Shown: positions 8,510 through 18,350 of the stretch, piece after piece | Position numbering within the stretch: position 1 is the stretch's first letter | Layout: every line of letters begins with the position of its first letter | Assembly (NCBI GenBank): GCA_028280605.1 | Contig: JANQLL010000143.1 | Span: forward strand, 4,218-68,217 | DNA length: 64,000 bases | Origin: Candidatus Gastranaerophilales bacterium | GTDB taxonomy: Bacteria; Cyanobacteriota; Vampirovibrionia; Gastranaerophilales; JANQFW01 | Direction of reading: 5' to 3' | The notes under the pieces: generated by a model | Databases searched by the model: none | Seen by the model: the letters and a program-made list of their open reading frames with translations, nothing else | Told to the model about the DNA's origin: nothing | Position numbers and translations under genes: made by a program

Positions 8510-11500
8510 TTATGACCAATAAACTTGAAGTTCTTGCATTAAATCAGATTGAGCAGATACTTGGTTAACATTGCTGAAGTCAATATTATTTGTAGCTTCA
8601 TATGCTGCAATATGTTGTAATATTGAGTCTATATCAACTGATAAACCTGAAGAAACTTCTATATTTTCAATAGCAAAGCCTGGATCATTATACTTATGTA
8701 TATTTATAGTATCTTCAGACCCGTATTTAATATCTAAAGTATTATCGTGTGCAAAGAATGCGATATTTTCTTTTTGTACATCAGTACCAAATAGTATAGT
8801 ATCTTGACTATCAGTTCCTCTATCTTTTATTCTGTCTTGGCCGTCACCTATATTAAATTTATAAGTATCATTGCCTTTACCACCTTCAAGGGCGTCATCA
8901 CCTTTATTTCCTTGAATAATGTTGTCCAGACTATTCCCAACTATCCAGTTATCATAGTCATTGCCTGTTGCTTTTATTGCTTGGTCTAAAAGTATTACTT
9001 TTTCAAGGTTATCAGATAAAGTGTAGTCAATATATGAACTTACAGAGTCATAACCTTCGTTATCATAGATTACATCATTAGTATTATCAACAATGTAAGA
9101 ATCATTGCCCACTCCACCGTTCATTGTATCTGTACCACTACCTCCAGATAAATAATCATTGCCACTACCTCCAATAATACTATCATTTCCCGCTTTAGCA
9201 AATATAGTATCGTTGCCATTATTACCTTTTATAATATTGTCAATTGCGTTACCGGTTATAAGGTTGTCTAAACTATTGCCGGCAGCGTTTTTAGCAAAGC
9301 CAATTAATTGCAACTGTTCTATATTATTTGTTAACGTATGATCCACTGAAGCAGTTACTTTATCTTTTCCATTTGTGTCGTAAATGACATCATTCATGTT
9401 GTCTACAAAGTAGTAATCATTACCAGCACCACCATTCATAGTATCAGCACCAGTACCACCTATTAATGTATCACTACCATTGCCAGCTTCTATGCTGTCA
9501 TTTCCAGCAAAGCCTTCAATATAATTGTCTCCATTCTTCGCTTGAATAAAGTTATCCTGTGCATTGCCAACCATCCAGTTGTCATAGTTGTTACCTACAG
9601 CATTAACAGCATCTCCGATAAGAATTAATTTTTCAAGGTTATCCGATAAAGTATAATCAATATATGATCTTACAGTGTCCTTGCCTTCGTTATCATAGAT
9701 TACATCATTAGTATTATCAACAACATAAGAATCATTGCCACTACCGCCGTTCATTGTATCAACACCGCTGCCGCCATTTAATAAGTCATCACCGCAGCCA
9801 CCTTCAATACTATCATTATCTGCTTTAGAATGGATCATGTCATTTCCGGCATTTCCTATAATCGTATCTGATTTGGCACCGCCTTGAATTGTATCATTTC
9901 CGGCTTGAGCATCAATTATATTATTTTCAAATTCATAACCATAAATAGAATCGTTAAGTTGTGAACCAATTAGTTCTTTAATATATATACTCTTTGATTC
10001 TCCATACATTAAATAAGCTTCTCCGGCATTTTTACCGTTAGAATTAGCACCGGATGCTCCTATTATAATATCAGCAAATCCATCACCATTTATGTCACCT
10101 GCATTACTTAAGCTGCCACCGGAGTAGTCATATTTATTTTTGCCAGCAAATGATGCGTCTGCTAAAGATAAGTCAATTTGTCCGTTTAAGTTTGAACTTC
10201 CATATATTAAGTAGGATTCTCCGGCATTTTTTCCACTTGAATCAGTACCATATGCACCTATTAATATATCATCATAACCATCCCCGTTCACATCACCTGC
10301 ATTGCTCAGGCTGCTACCAGCATAATCATATCTGTTTATTCCTGAGAAGGTCACATCTGCTTGCGATAAATTTATTTTATAGTCTAAGTTTTCTTTTCCA
10401 TATATTAAGTATGCTTCACCAGAAGAACATCCGTTAGGATCAGCACCTGACGCACCTATTAATAAATCAGCATATCCATCGCCATTTACATCGCCAGCAT
10501 TACTTATGCTATAACTTGAGTAATCAAATCTGTTTTTTCCGGTGAAAGTAACGTCAGCTTGAGATAAACTCATTTTACTGCCTAAATCCTTTTTGCCGTA
10601 AATTAAGTATGTTTCTCCAGAAGAACATCCGTTAGGATCAGCACCTGATGCGCCTATAATTAAGTCATCATAACCGTCGCCATTTACATCACCAGCATTA
10701 CTTATGGTATACCCAGAGTAGTCATATCTATTCTTTCCAGAGAAAGTAACATCAGCCTTAGATAAATTGATTTTACCGCTTAATTCCGCTTTTCCGTATA
10801 TCAAGTAGGATTCACCTGAAGAGCGACCCTTAGGATCAGCACATGAGGCACCTATTATTAAATCATCATAACCATCACCATTTACATCACCGGCATTACT
10901 TACGCTGCTACCAGCATAATCAAATCTATTTTTCCCTGTAAAAGTTACATCAGAATCAGATAAGTCTATTTCACCATTTAAATTGGACTTTCCATATATT
11001 AGGTGTACTTTTCCAGAACCGCATTTGGCTCCAGGTGATGATATTAATAAATCATTATAACCGTCGCCATTAACATCGCCTGCGTTACTAATACTGCTTC
11101 CAGCCTGCTCAAATCTTTTTTTGCCTGTAAAAGTTACATCAGCATCTGATAAATCAAATTCACCGTTTATATTTTCTTTACCATAAATCAGGTATATTTT
11201 ACCAGAAGAGCATCTGCCAGAACTAGCACCGGGTGCGCTTATTAGTAAATCATCATATCCGTCACCATTAACATCGCCGGCATTACTTATGCTGCTACCA
11301 GCATAGTCATATCTGTTTTCACCTTTAAAAGTCGCATCAGCATCGTTTAAGCTGATATGTCCTGACAGCTTGTTGATCCTTCCTATATCAAGGGTATGTT
11401 CATTCAAGCCATCTTGTTTGATAATATTGTTTTTAAAATCTGCTAATATAGCATGTTCGTTGACTTTACTAAAATCTAGGGTTCCGATTGTTATGTCTTT

Positions 11501-11626
11501 TAATACATCTTTTCCCCAGTTGTCATCAAATTCATAAGTTTCATACTCATCTGAGCCAAGAAATGTTTCATCATAATCTTTGGCTCTAATTTTTATTGGT
11601 GTAGCCATACCGTTCCCTTTCATCAT
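8510..11626 (-). CDS. giant repeat protein: seven FG-GAP (integrin-alpha-like) repeats plus RTX/hemolysin-type Ca-binding repeats
   Basis: Seven units of SNAGDVNGDGYDDL(L/I)IGA..A....SG..YLIYG, then GG.G.D nonapeptide runs in three ~130-aa repeats (NDVIYDNEG.D.V.S.IDYTLSDNLE). No N-terminal signal peptide. Confidence 0.8.
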   Translation of the reverse strand: MMKGNGMATPIKIRAKDYDETFLGSDEYETYEFDDNWGKDVLKDITIGTLDFSKVNEHAILADFKNNIIKQDGLNEHTLDIGRINKLSGHISLNDADATFKGENRYDYAGSSISNAGDVNGDGYDDLLISAPGASSGRCSSGKIYLIYGKENINGEFDLSDADVTFTGKKRFEQAGSSISNAGDVNGDGYNDLLISSPGAKCGSGKVHLIYGKSNLNGEIDLSDSDVTFTGKNRFDYAGSSVSNAGDVNGDGYDDLIIGASCADPKGRSSGESYLIYGKAELSGKINLSKADVTFSGKNRYDYSGYTISNAGDVNGDGYDDLIIGASGADPNGCSSGETYLIYGKKDLGSKMSLSQADVTFTGKNRFDYSSYSISNAGDVNGDGYADLLIGASGADPNGCSSGEAYLIYGKENLDYKINLSQADVTFSGINRYDYAGSSLSNAGDVNGDGYDDILIGAYGTDSSGKNAGESYLIYGSSNLNGQIDLSLADASFAGKNKYDYSGGSLSNAGDINGDGFADIIIGASGANSNGKNAGEAYLMYGESKSIYIKELIGSQLNDSIYGYEFENNIIDAQAGNDTIQGGAKSDTIIGNAGNDMIHSKADNDSIEGGCGDDLLNGGSGVDTMNGGSGNDSYVVDNTNDVIYDNEGKDTVRSYIDYTLSDNLEKLILIGDAVNAVGNNYDNWMVGNAQDNFIQAKNGDNYIEGFAGNDSIEAGNGSDTLIGGTGADTMNGGAGNDYYFVDNMNDVIYDTNGKDKVTASVDHTLTNNIEQLQLIGFAKNAAGNSLDNLITGNAIDNIIKGNNGNDTIFAKAGNDSIIGGSGNDYLSGGSGTDTMNGGVGNDSYIVDNTNDVIYDNEGYDSVSSYIDYTLSDNLEKVILLDQAIKATGNDYDNWIVGNSLDNIIQGNKGDDALEGGKGNDTYKFNIGDGQDRIKDRGTDSQDTILFGTDVQKENIAFFAHDNTLDIKYGSEDTINIHKYNDPGFAIENIEVSSGLSVDIDSILQHIAAYEATNNIDFSNVNQVSAQSDLMQELQVYWS

Positions 11627-11924
11627 TTGAATTTAAGATGAATATTCATATAAATATTTATAATATTGTAAGTAGAAAGAGGCTTCAAAACAATATTACG
11701 CTTATCATTACAGTGTATATTATGTTTTTATCATTTAGAATATTTATTATATTTATACTACTCATCAATAAAATTTAGGATTATCACTTTGGCTTAATCC
11801 TTAAAATTATTGGTTTTGTGACCACTACATAATTTGTATAGTATTTTATTGCCAGTATATTAAATATTCATAAATTAAATACAAAGGCTGCCAAAACACA
11901 ACTTGACAGCCTTTATTTATAAAT

Positions 11925-12149
11925 TTACCTTGTAATATTATTTAATAATTTATCAATTTTTTCTTCCATTCGATCAAGGCGTTCTTTTAATTCCGTGACC
12001 AAGGTCCTGGGAGAGAATTCCATTTTACACTCAGTAATTACCTCACGGTGTTTTCTTTCTAATTGTTCTGGTGTAACAAAAACCCTAAATTGAATAAAAA
12101 AGATAAAGACTGCAATAATTAATGGAGCATAATAAAAAAATTTTTCCAT
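11925..12149 (-). CDS. small membrane protein (one N-terminal TM helix + coiled coil); holin/spanin-like candidate
   Basis: YYAPLIIAVFIFFIQF hydrophobic segment followed by a charged helical tail; hairpin downstream at about 11884-11916. Confidence 0.4.
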   Translation of the reverse strand: MEKFFYYAPLIIAVFIFFIQFRVFVTPEQLERKHREVITECKMEFSPRTLVTELKERLDRMEEKIDKLLNNITR

Positions 12150-12209
12150 AGTCGCACTCCTTTAGACATTTTTATGTGTAAAAAATTATATAAACAAAGC
12201 CAGTTCTAT

Positions 12210-12803
12210 TTAAAGTAACAATGGTAAAGCCATTTGTGCAGCCCTGCTGGCATCGGAAATAAGTGCGTTAATGTCAGTACCGGAAGACCCGTTTCCTTTC
12301 ATATAACTAAGCTTATTACTATAATTGCTCAAGTTATATTGATTTTTAGGATTCGCTATAGCTAGTCCAAGAGTATTGGCTTTGTAGTATCTATCAAGTA
12401 TTGAGTTAATCATATTTTGATTAAATGTAGCCCAATTCATTCTATCTTGCAGGGTTTGCATTTGGTATTGACGCGAAGCATCTGCAATAGATTGAGACTT
12501 TTGTTTATTTAACGCTACTGCCATATCTCTATATACAGAATTATTTAACCCTCCAAATCGATTAGCAACATTATTCATAGTTTGTTGCATCATTGGATTA
12601 TAAATATTATTCATCTGATTTGTTAATAAATTATTAAATGCCTGTTCTCGGGCATTTAAATAAGGGTTAAGCAAATCCTGGTTCAATAAGTTATTTCGGC
12701 TTTGTTGCAGAAAAACTTCTTCTTCAGGAGCAGGCATTAATTGTGGTACTGGTTTTGGTTCAACATATTTAGGTGCAGGTGGTGCAGATTTTTTTTTACT
12801 CAT
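12210..12803 (-). CDS. Q/N-rich hypothetical virion protein
   Basis: ATG at 12803 has an AAGGAG RBS. The longer track ORF (to 12863) would overlap the GNAT gene. Confidence 0.45.
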   Translation of the reverse strand: MSKKKSAPPAPKYVEPKPVPQLMPAPEEEVFLQQSRNNLLNQDLLNPYLNAREQAFNNLLTNQMNNIYNPMMQQTMNNVANRFGGLNNSVYRDMAVALNKQKSQSIADASRQYQMQTLQDRMNWATFNQNMINSILDRYYKANTLGLAIANPKNQYNLSNYSNKLSYMKGNGSSGTDINALISDASRAAQMALPLLL

Positions 12804-12819
12804 AATAAATCTCCTTAAA

Positions 12820-13296
12820 TTATAAGATATCACTACTAAAAATGGAATAAATATACCTGTCAATCAAACGATTCTGTCGTTTGATTTCTTGTTTTAACAG
12901 GGCTTCTTCTTTAAAGCCTGTTTTTTTTAAGGCATAAATTGCAGCTTTATTCTCTATATCTACAGTTGTTTTAACTTTAGTTAGCTTATATTGCTCAAAT
13001 ATATTTTTTAAAAACTCTTTTCCGGCTGGGATTGTGTATTTACTATATCCTCGTTTTGCAAATGCATTAAATTCGCAAGAATGATAATATCCTTGCCAGT
13101 CATTTAAAAATATACAACCAATAAATTCATTTTTTTCATTATAAACTTTATAAAAATGTCCCATACATTCATTTAAAAGCTCATCTAAAAAGGTTTTTTC
13201 ATCATCATAATCAGATAAAAAGAACTCTTTGACTTGATCAAAGAGTTCTTGTAGTTCTTTATCTTTAATTATGATAGGTTTAAATTTATATTTCAT
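12820..13296 (-). CDS. GNAT-family N-acetyltransferase-like protein
   Basis: 158 aa with GNAT-like core (FAKRGYSKY...GKEFLKNIFE...KAAIYALKKTGFKEEA). Its start overlaps the upstream stop (TAATG). Confidence 0.55.
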   Translation of the reverse strand: MKYKFKPIIIKDKELQELFDQVKEFFLSDYDDEKTFLDELLNECMGHFYKVYNEKNEFIGCIFLNDWQGYYHSCEFNAFAKRGYSKYTIPAGKEFLKNIFEQYKLTKVKTTVDIENKAAIYALKKTGFKEEALLKQEIKRQNRLIDRYIYSIFSSDIL

Positions 13297-14768
13297 TATC
13301 TTAAATGCCTCACATTCTCAAAACTAAATCCATAAATACTGAAATAATCAGTGTCTGAACTGGATGAAATTTTAATTTGTACTGAATTAAAGCGTTTATT
13401 TATTCCTTTAATTATTTTTAATTTGTCACTATCAGCATAATAATCAATATCATAGTAAGCACTATCATAGGTGCCATAATTGTTAGATAAGCTTATATCA
13501 TAGCTTCCGGCATGTATTTTTCTGGAATCATAAGATATTTGAAGATTGTAATTATTTTTTTCATAAGAATCATGCCAAATAATCAAGGATTTAGCAGTCT
13601 TTTTTTGAGATCTTCTACCAAAAGAAAACCATGGCGATATCCATTCAGACTTAATGCTAGTACCATCAAAGCTATCGCCTTTATCTTCTTCATACAACTT
13701 GCCAGAAGAGCTACCCGTTAATATTTGACCATTGAAAGCTGCTGCACTTATGATCGGTTTTGCTTTTCTTTTATAATAAATTATTCTTGGTGAATGTTGA
13801 AAATCTATAACCCAGCATAAAGGCAGCTCGCTTTGATTCTTTTGGGGCAGATACATCCAAATTTGTTTTTTATTATGATAAGGCACCAAAATAATATCTT
13901 GTAACCTTTTAGAATCAACATTGTCGAATTCTTTGGAGATTAGAGTAGTTAATTCACTGCTAATTCTTGATTGTCCAAGGTCGCCAAATCCTTTTATTGT
14001 TCGCAGCCCGTCAGAATAAAAATAAATATCATTGTTAAACCTGCAAACGTTATGTTTAGATTTTAATCCCGTATCTCCAAATCTTTGAACTTGAAAATTA
14101 GCAGGCTCTGTACCAGTAAATAAATAAACGCTATTAACAGTCCAAATAACAATATATTCATCAGTAGAAATCATACCAGTAATTGGTTCATCTATATCAA
14201 GAGCATATCCTGCATCTTTTTCTGTTACCCAATCAGTTGGATTACCAAGTGCAGACCAATAAATATCACTTCCTTCTGTTACGAATAATCTACCGGCATA
14301 GGCTGTTGCTAAGTTGCCTCTAATTCCTTTTGCAGTGCTTATACCTGTTTTAATAATAGAATCACTTGCCGCATCATATAAAAACGTCTCATCATAACCA
14401 TTGCAAACTACTAATTTGTTATTATATTCGGTATAAAAATATTTATTGGCATTGCTTAAGCCGGTACGCTTTTCTATTAATTTATTTAAGACTTGATTAT
14501 ATAAATATAGCTTGCCTTCATTTGTATTAATAAATAATAAAGGCGTATCACCAAATTTATATTCAGCAATGCCAACAATTTCGGCAGATGTGGGTAATAA
14601 ATTATTTAAAATATCAGTAGTGCCATTGCAGCGTTTAATAAGTTGTCCATCCGGCACAATATTTGTTGCATCATTCCAGAAAGTTTTTTTTACATTCTCT
14701 TTAATCTCATCATAAGAAGGACGAGCATCAATCCCTCCTGTAAGGTCGAAAAAATCTACTGTTTTCAT
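13296..14768 (-). CDS. putative tail tubular protein B / nozzle-like protein
   Basis: 490 aa, beta-rich, lying after the adaptor-like gene in a podovirus-type gene order. The call rests on position; no motif was recognised. Confidence 0.4.
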   Translation of the reverse strand: MKTVDFFDLTGGIDARPSYDEIKENVKKTFWNDATNIVPDGQLIKRCNGTTDILNNLLPTSAEIVGIAEYKFGDTPLLFINTNEGKLYLYNQVLNKLIEKRTGLSNANKYFYTEYNNKLVVCNGYDETFLYDAASDSIIKTGISTAKGIRGNLATAYAGRLFVTEGSDIYWSALGNPTDWVTEKDAGYALDIDEPITGMISTDEYIVIWTVNSVYLFTGTEPANFQVQRFGDTGLKSKHNVCRFNNDIYFYSDGLRTIKGFGDLGQSRISSELTTLISKEFDNVDSKRLQDIILVPYHNKKQIWMYLPQKNQSELPLCWVIDFQHSPRIIYYKRKAKPIISAAAFNGQILTGSSSGKLYEEDKGDSFDGTSIKSEWISPWFSFGRRSQKKTAKSLIIWHDSYEKNNYNLQISYDSRKIHAGSYDISLSNNYGTYDSAYYDIDYYADSDKLKIIKGINKRFNSVQIKISSSSDTDYFSIYGFSFENVRHLR

Positions 14769-14932
14769 ACTAATATTCCTTTTAATTTTTTATAATGAGT
14801 GAATAATCTGTATGTTTTTTATTTTTGATAATTTAAATATATAAATTTTTTTCTTAACTTGTAGACCTTTAATTCTAAATAATATAAAATATAACTTATG
14901 TTTAAATATTTTGGATTTAAGGAGTATATTAA

Positions 14933-15337
14933 ATGACTATTGTATGGAAAGATAATCTGGCTACAGGTATTAATGAAATAGATAGCCAGCACAAAGAATT
15001 ATTTGATAGAATTAATAAATTATTTCAAGCTTGCCATTCAGGGCGGGGAACACAAGAAGTTATGAATGTTATGAGTTTTTTGGAAAATTATGTTATTGAG
15101 CATTTTTCTTGCGAAGAAAAGTTGCAGTTAAAATCTAATTTTCCTAATTATACAGCTCATAAAAAACAGCACGAAGATTTTAAAGCTGAAATAAGTAAAT
15201 TAAAACAACAACTTGAAGCAAGTGCAGACTCAACAACATTTGTTATAAAAATAAATAATCTAATAGTAAATTGGTTATTAAATCATATAAAAAAGTCCGA
15301 CAAAGAGTTAAGTCAACACTTAAAAGAAAAAGTTTAA
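14933..15337 (+). CDS. bacteriohemerythrin-like protein
   Basis: W.D.L.TGI.EID.QHKELF..IN.L start and H..EH / H.K.H..F / NHI His-ligand pattern; opposite strand to the surrounding phage genes. Confidence 0.85.
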   Translation: MTIVWKDNLATGINEIDSQHKELFDRINKLFQACHSGRGTQEVMNVMSFLENYVIEHFSCEEKLQLKSNFPNYTAHKKQHEDFKAEISKLKQQLEASADSTTFVIKINNLIVNWLLNHIKKSDKELSQHLKEKV

Positions 15338-15351
15338 TAAAAGAATAATCA

Positions 15352-16026
15352 TTAAATTATTCTTTTATTAAATGGTGAGAAAACAAAACGTAAATGGCGT
15401 TGACTACTGCCGCTAGATTCAGATATCAAGTCTGACAATTTTTGTTTATATCTTTTTTCATAAATAGAATATTTGAAAGGATCATCATCAAATAAATTCA
15501 TCAATGCCTTATAGACTATAATATTATGATGTATATCCGAGAAATTAGGCTCATCGGTTTCTAAAGATAAGTATTGTTTTTCAATAGCTGCGTCAGTTAT
15601 AGCAAAATTAAATGTGTCATATAATATTGTAACACTGTATTGAGCTTCCGGTATAGGATCAAGCCAAATTTCGTTATTGTACGTTGTGTATTTATTGGGC
15701 TTACCTGTTGTAGTATCTGGGATAAAGTCCTTTAGATTTTTGCTGTTATGATATTCTAAAGGAGATGATTGAATAGAAGGTATAAATAAACCTCCAATTT
15801 TTATTACACCATCTGGTAGGCTATAAGCCTGCTGGTCAGCAATAGTGTTAAAAGTTGATTTTTTTTCTCTAAACTTAAATTTTTTATTTAAAAATATATC
15901 TTCCAGCGCAAAATTTATTTCCATTCTAATTTTTTCGTATTCATTATTTTGCGCTTGCGTAAATGTAGTAGGTTTTTCATAACCGTATAATACTGCTACA
16001 TTTTGGATAAGTTCCAGATAATTCAT
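15352..16026 (-). CDS. putative tail tubular protein A / head-tail adaptor-like protein
   Basis: N-terminal pattern LELIQNVAVLYGYEK........N.EY.KI...INFALEDI resembles T7 gp11-type proteins; 224 aa; lies upstream of the nozzle-like gene. Confidence 0.45.
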   Translation of the reverse strand: MNYLELIQNVAVLYGYEKPTTFTQAQNNEYEKIRMEINFALEDIFLNKKFKFREKKSTFNTIADQQAYSLPDGVIKIGGLFIPSIQSSPLEYHNSKNLKDFIPDTTTGKPNKYTTYNNEIWLDPIPEAQYSVTILYDTFNFAITDAAIEKQYLSLETDEPNFSDIHHNIIVYKALMNLFDDDPFKYSIYEKRYKQKLSDLISESSGSSQRHLRFVFSPFNKRII

Positions 16027-16165
16027 AAACTTTACCTCTTATTACTAAGTTTTGTAACTTGTTTTTATCTAATTTTGTTAAAATATTTTTTTTAGGGACT
16101 TATTATTATTGTTAGTAAGTAAGGAATAAAAAATTTATTAAAAATAATTTGGGTAAACTATAATA

Positions 16166-16744
16166 ATGTCAACAAATTTAGGTTTTATTAAAAATACAAT
16201 AGTAAAGCATCCTGTCAAGACATTTTCTGTTGTAGGTGCAGCTAGTACTGCAGCAATTTGGGGACTTTATACACCTTATTCAATGAGCAAAGATAATAAA
16301 TCTACAAGCTTTGCAATTAATGAATTCAAGGAAGTTATTAAACAATCTAATAATAAACGAGACTTAATTCGAAACTGTGTAAACATACAGAAGAAGTTAG
16401 AAAAACAATTTAAAATTACACCTAAAAAAGCTAAATTCGTTTTAAGTTCAACTATAGAAACAATAAAAAATTCAAAAGAAACTAATAAAGCCTGGTTAAA
16501 TAGTCTAGATCTATCTAAAAAGGATCAATTAATAAAATATATTGATGATACTCAAAATGATTTTAATGGCGCCTACAATAAAGCAAAGAAATTCACACCT
16601 ATTGTCCTAACTGCAGTTGGATTATTGATTGGAGCAGGGGTAGGTGCAGGAGGGGGAGCACTTCTTAAATTTATATTAGGCAAAGTAAAATCATCAAAGG
16701 CGCAAAATGTAGCTCTAAAAAAGCCTTTTGATATTAAGATATAA
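16166..16744 (+). CDS. hypothetical membrane protein with Gly/Ala-rich C-terminal anchor
   Basis: N-terminal MSTNLGFIKN, a hydrophobic segment FSVVGAASTAAIWGLY, and the C-terminal anchor LTAVGLLIGAGVGAGGGALL followed by a basic tail. Confidence 0.5.
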   Translation: MSTNLGFIKNTIVKHPVKTFSVVGAASTAAIWGLYTPYSMSKDNKSTSFAINEFKEVIKQSNNKRDLIRNCVNIQKKLEKQFKITPKKAKFVLSSTIETIKNSKETNKAWLNSLDLSKKDQLIKYIDDTQNDFNGAYNKAKKFTPIVLTAVGLLIGAGVGAGGGALLKFILGKVKSSKAQNVALKKPFDIKI

Positions 16745-16774
16745 AAAAGGCAGGTGGGTTTATCCCCACCTGCC
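16742..16774 (-). terminator. intrinsic terminator after the 129-aa gene
   Basis: 10-bp stem ggcaggtggg/cccacctgcc followed by a T-run on the minus strand. Confidence 0.7.
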
Positions 16775-16785
16775 ATGATAAAAAA

Positions 16786-17175
16786 CTATCCAATGCCTCG
16801 TTTTGTACCTGTTGCATAAATTATGCCGGTATGGCCTGTCTCAAAATCGATATGCAAAGCCCCGCCTGATTGTAAAAATCGTGCAGATTCTATTTGATCG
16901 ATTACCACTTGTCCGCCAGCCGGAATATTAAGAGTATAGTTTCCGATAGCAGATTTAACACATTGATCCATAGTCCCTGCACGAAGAGTTATATCTTTTG
17001 TGGAAGCTTCGGTATTGGTAATTATTACACGAGGATTAGAATGAGAAAAGAAATCAGTAACGCTTACCCCATTTGTAACTAATGTCGCGTCAATTGTAGT
17101 TAAAGTAGCATTAGCAAATGAGGGTGGTGTATCGCTACGATTTGCGGCATTTACAGTAATTGGTGTTCTAGTCAT
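16786..17175 (-). CDS. hypothetical phage structural protein (129 aa)
   Basis: Good-length ORF in the capsid-proximal module; beta-rich; function unrecognised. Confidence 0.45.
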   Translation of the reverse strand: MTRTPITVNAANRSDTPPSFANATLTTIDATLVTNGVSVTDFFSHSNPRVIITNTEASTKDITLRAGTMDQCVKSAIGNYTLNIPAGGQVVIDQIESARFLQSGGALHIDFETGHTGIIYATGTKRGIG

Positions 17176-17218
17176 AACATATCCTTTCTAACTTACCTAA
17201 TTTATATTTGCGCTCGCC

Positions 17219-17248
17219 AAAAAAGGAGTTAACTTTTAAGTCAACTCC
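17219..17248 (-). terminator. intrinsic terminator after the curlin-like repeat gene
   Basis: Stem ggagttaac/gtcaactcc (one mismatch) followed by T6 on the minus strand. Confidence 0.55.
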
Positions 17249-17313
17249 CTCTTCACTTTATTCAATTTTACTGGTCTAAGCTAATAGTGAGGTTCTCATG
17301 TTCTTACTTTTAC

Positions 17314-18126
17314 TTAATAAATTAAATTTGTTTGACTGCCGTCTGTAGTTCCGTAAGAGAAACTATTTTGAGCAGCGTTGTCAATACCACCATTGAACAT
17401 GGTTTGTTGAAGACCGCTACTGTTAGCTGCAACAGCTAACTGGTTGGCTCCGTTTGCGTCAATTTGAGTTAGTATTTGAGTGTTACCATCTCCTCTTAAG
17501 TCAACAGTTTTTTGTGTGTTATCTGAGCCATCAACACTGTTTAATACTTGAGTGGTACCTTGGCTTCCTTTAGCAACAGCTTTTTGAGTATTGTCTTCAC
17601 CACCGATACCATTTAAAACTTGTGTTGTATCTTGACTTCCTTTAGCAACAGCTTTTTGTAGATTGCCATCGCCACCAACATTATTTAAAAGTTGGTTTGT
17701 ATTATCACTTCTTACTGCTTTTGCTAATTGAGCAATATTATTTCCGCCTAAATTATTAGCAATTTGTGAAGCACCATTAGTCAATCTGGCAATAAGCTGT
17801 TGGACGATATTTGTTCCGCCTGCATTATTTGCAGCTTGTGATACATCAGTTGAACGCCCTGCAAATGCACCTTGATTAACGTTTGTTCCACCAAAGCTGG
17901 CTAATGATTGAAATATATTATCTGAGCCAAAAGCTCCATTTAACTGATTGAGTCCATTATTTAACATGCCTGTAGTTTGTTGTGCAGCGTTGTTTGTAAG
18001 AGCTGCAATATTACCTTGGTTAGCGAATATGTCTTGAATACTATTGTTAGCCTGGGCTAAATTGGTATTCAAACTTGATACGTTAAATTGACCTGTCCCC
18101 ACGTTAGGTAAAATTGGAAAATTCAT
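17314..18126 (-). CDS. Q/N/G-rich protein with curlin-like 22-24-aa tandem repeats
   Basis: Repeats S(Q/D).T(T/N)Q.LN..GG..N.QKAVAKG x3-4 plus degenerate copies. ATG at 18126 has a GGAGG RBS. Immediately downstream of the capsid gene. Confidence 0.5.
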   Translation of the reverse strand: MNFPILPNVGTGQFNVSSLNTNLAQANNSIQDIFANQGNIAALTNNAAQQTTGMLNNGLNQLNGAFGSDNIFQSLASFGGTNVNQGAFAGRSTDVSQAANNAGGTNIVQQLIARLTNGASQIANNLGGNNIAQLAKAVRSDNTNQLLNNVGGDGNLQKAVAKGSQDTTQVLNGIGGEDNTQKAVAKGSQGTTQVLNSVDGSDNTQKTVDLRGDGNTQILTQIDANGANQLAVAANSSGLQQTMFNGGIDNAAQNSFSYGTTDGSQTNLIY

Positions 18127-18350
18127 AGGTGAATACCTCCATCTCTCTCTTTCTTGTTTATATTTCAACATAATGAAAAGTTAACAATATCCAAGTAAAT
18201 AAAATTTAATATTTTTTATGTATAGTAAAATACTTTATTATTTCTCTCTCTATGTTTATATAAACAATTTTTCTTAGAGAATATTGCTTATTTATTTCTT
18301 TATGTTAAGTTATATAAATTATATATAAGAGGTAAGGTTTTATAAAATAA

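Noticed and set aside
12804-12863. Upstream extensions of track ORFs (12210..12863; also 19401..20429, 17314..18171, 47294..48316, 43491..44540, 42188..42991)
   Set aside because: Internal ATGs with clear SD sequences remove overlaps with neighbouring genes, or remove hydrophobic or nonsense leader peptides. The shorter models were adopted.
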